Part shown: piece by piece, positions 63,935 through 64,000 of the stretch | How the letters are laid out: each line of letters opens with the position of its first letter | Numbering within the stretch: position 1 is the stretch's first letter | NCBI GenBank assembly: GCA_951406725.2 | Contig: OX597833.1 | Coordinates: forward strand, 37,200,001 to 37,264,000 | DNA length: 64,000 bases | From: Octopus vulgaris | Lineage: Eukaryota | Direction of reading: 5' to 3' | Program-made: the position numbers and the translations under genes | The notes under the pieces: model-generated | The model's input: the letters and a program-made list of their open reading frames with translations, nothing else | Database searches by the model: none | Told to the model about the DNA's origin: nothing

Positions 63935-64000
63935 AGTTTGAAAATGCAATTTTAAAAGATGTTTATTTACTTGACCGGTTTCACTTTTTAAGAAAAAGAT

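Overview
AT-rich, microsatellite-laden animal genomic DNA. The SINE/LINE repertoire and a divergent 18S fragment suggest an octopus or other coleoid cephalopod (inference). I see no intact host protein-coding gene. The functional core is the bilaterian miR-100/let-7 microRNA cluster on the + strand. Let-7 is canonical (mature 16947-16968, with a LIN28 GGAG motif in the loop). The miR-100 is divergent (15563-15584, three non-seed substitutions, one compensated on the star arm), and its hairpin base abuts a GTAAGT splice donor. The pair lies in a ~3.9 kb transposon-free island. I could not find miR-125 in the 47 kb downstream. The rest is mostly transposon relics: a near full-length APE LINE with a CCCH-finger ORF1 and its partner SINE, RTE copies with a variable hairpin array in the 3' UTR, HERO-, CRE-, R4/Dong- and possibly Tx1-like fragments, Penelope fragments with minimal hammerhead motifs, two mariner relics, a Merlin-like MITE nested in a foldback element, and an 18S rDNA fragment possibly carried by a Helitron-like element. 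All calls were made by eye, and boundaries of degraded elements are approximate.
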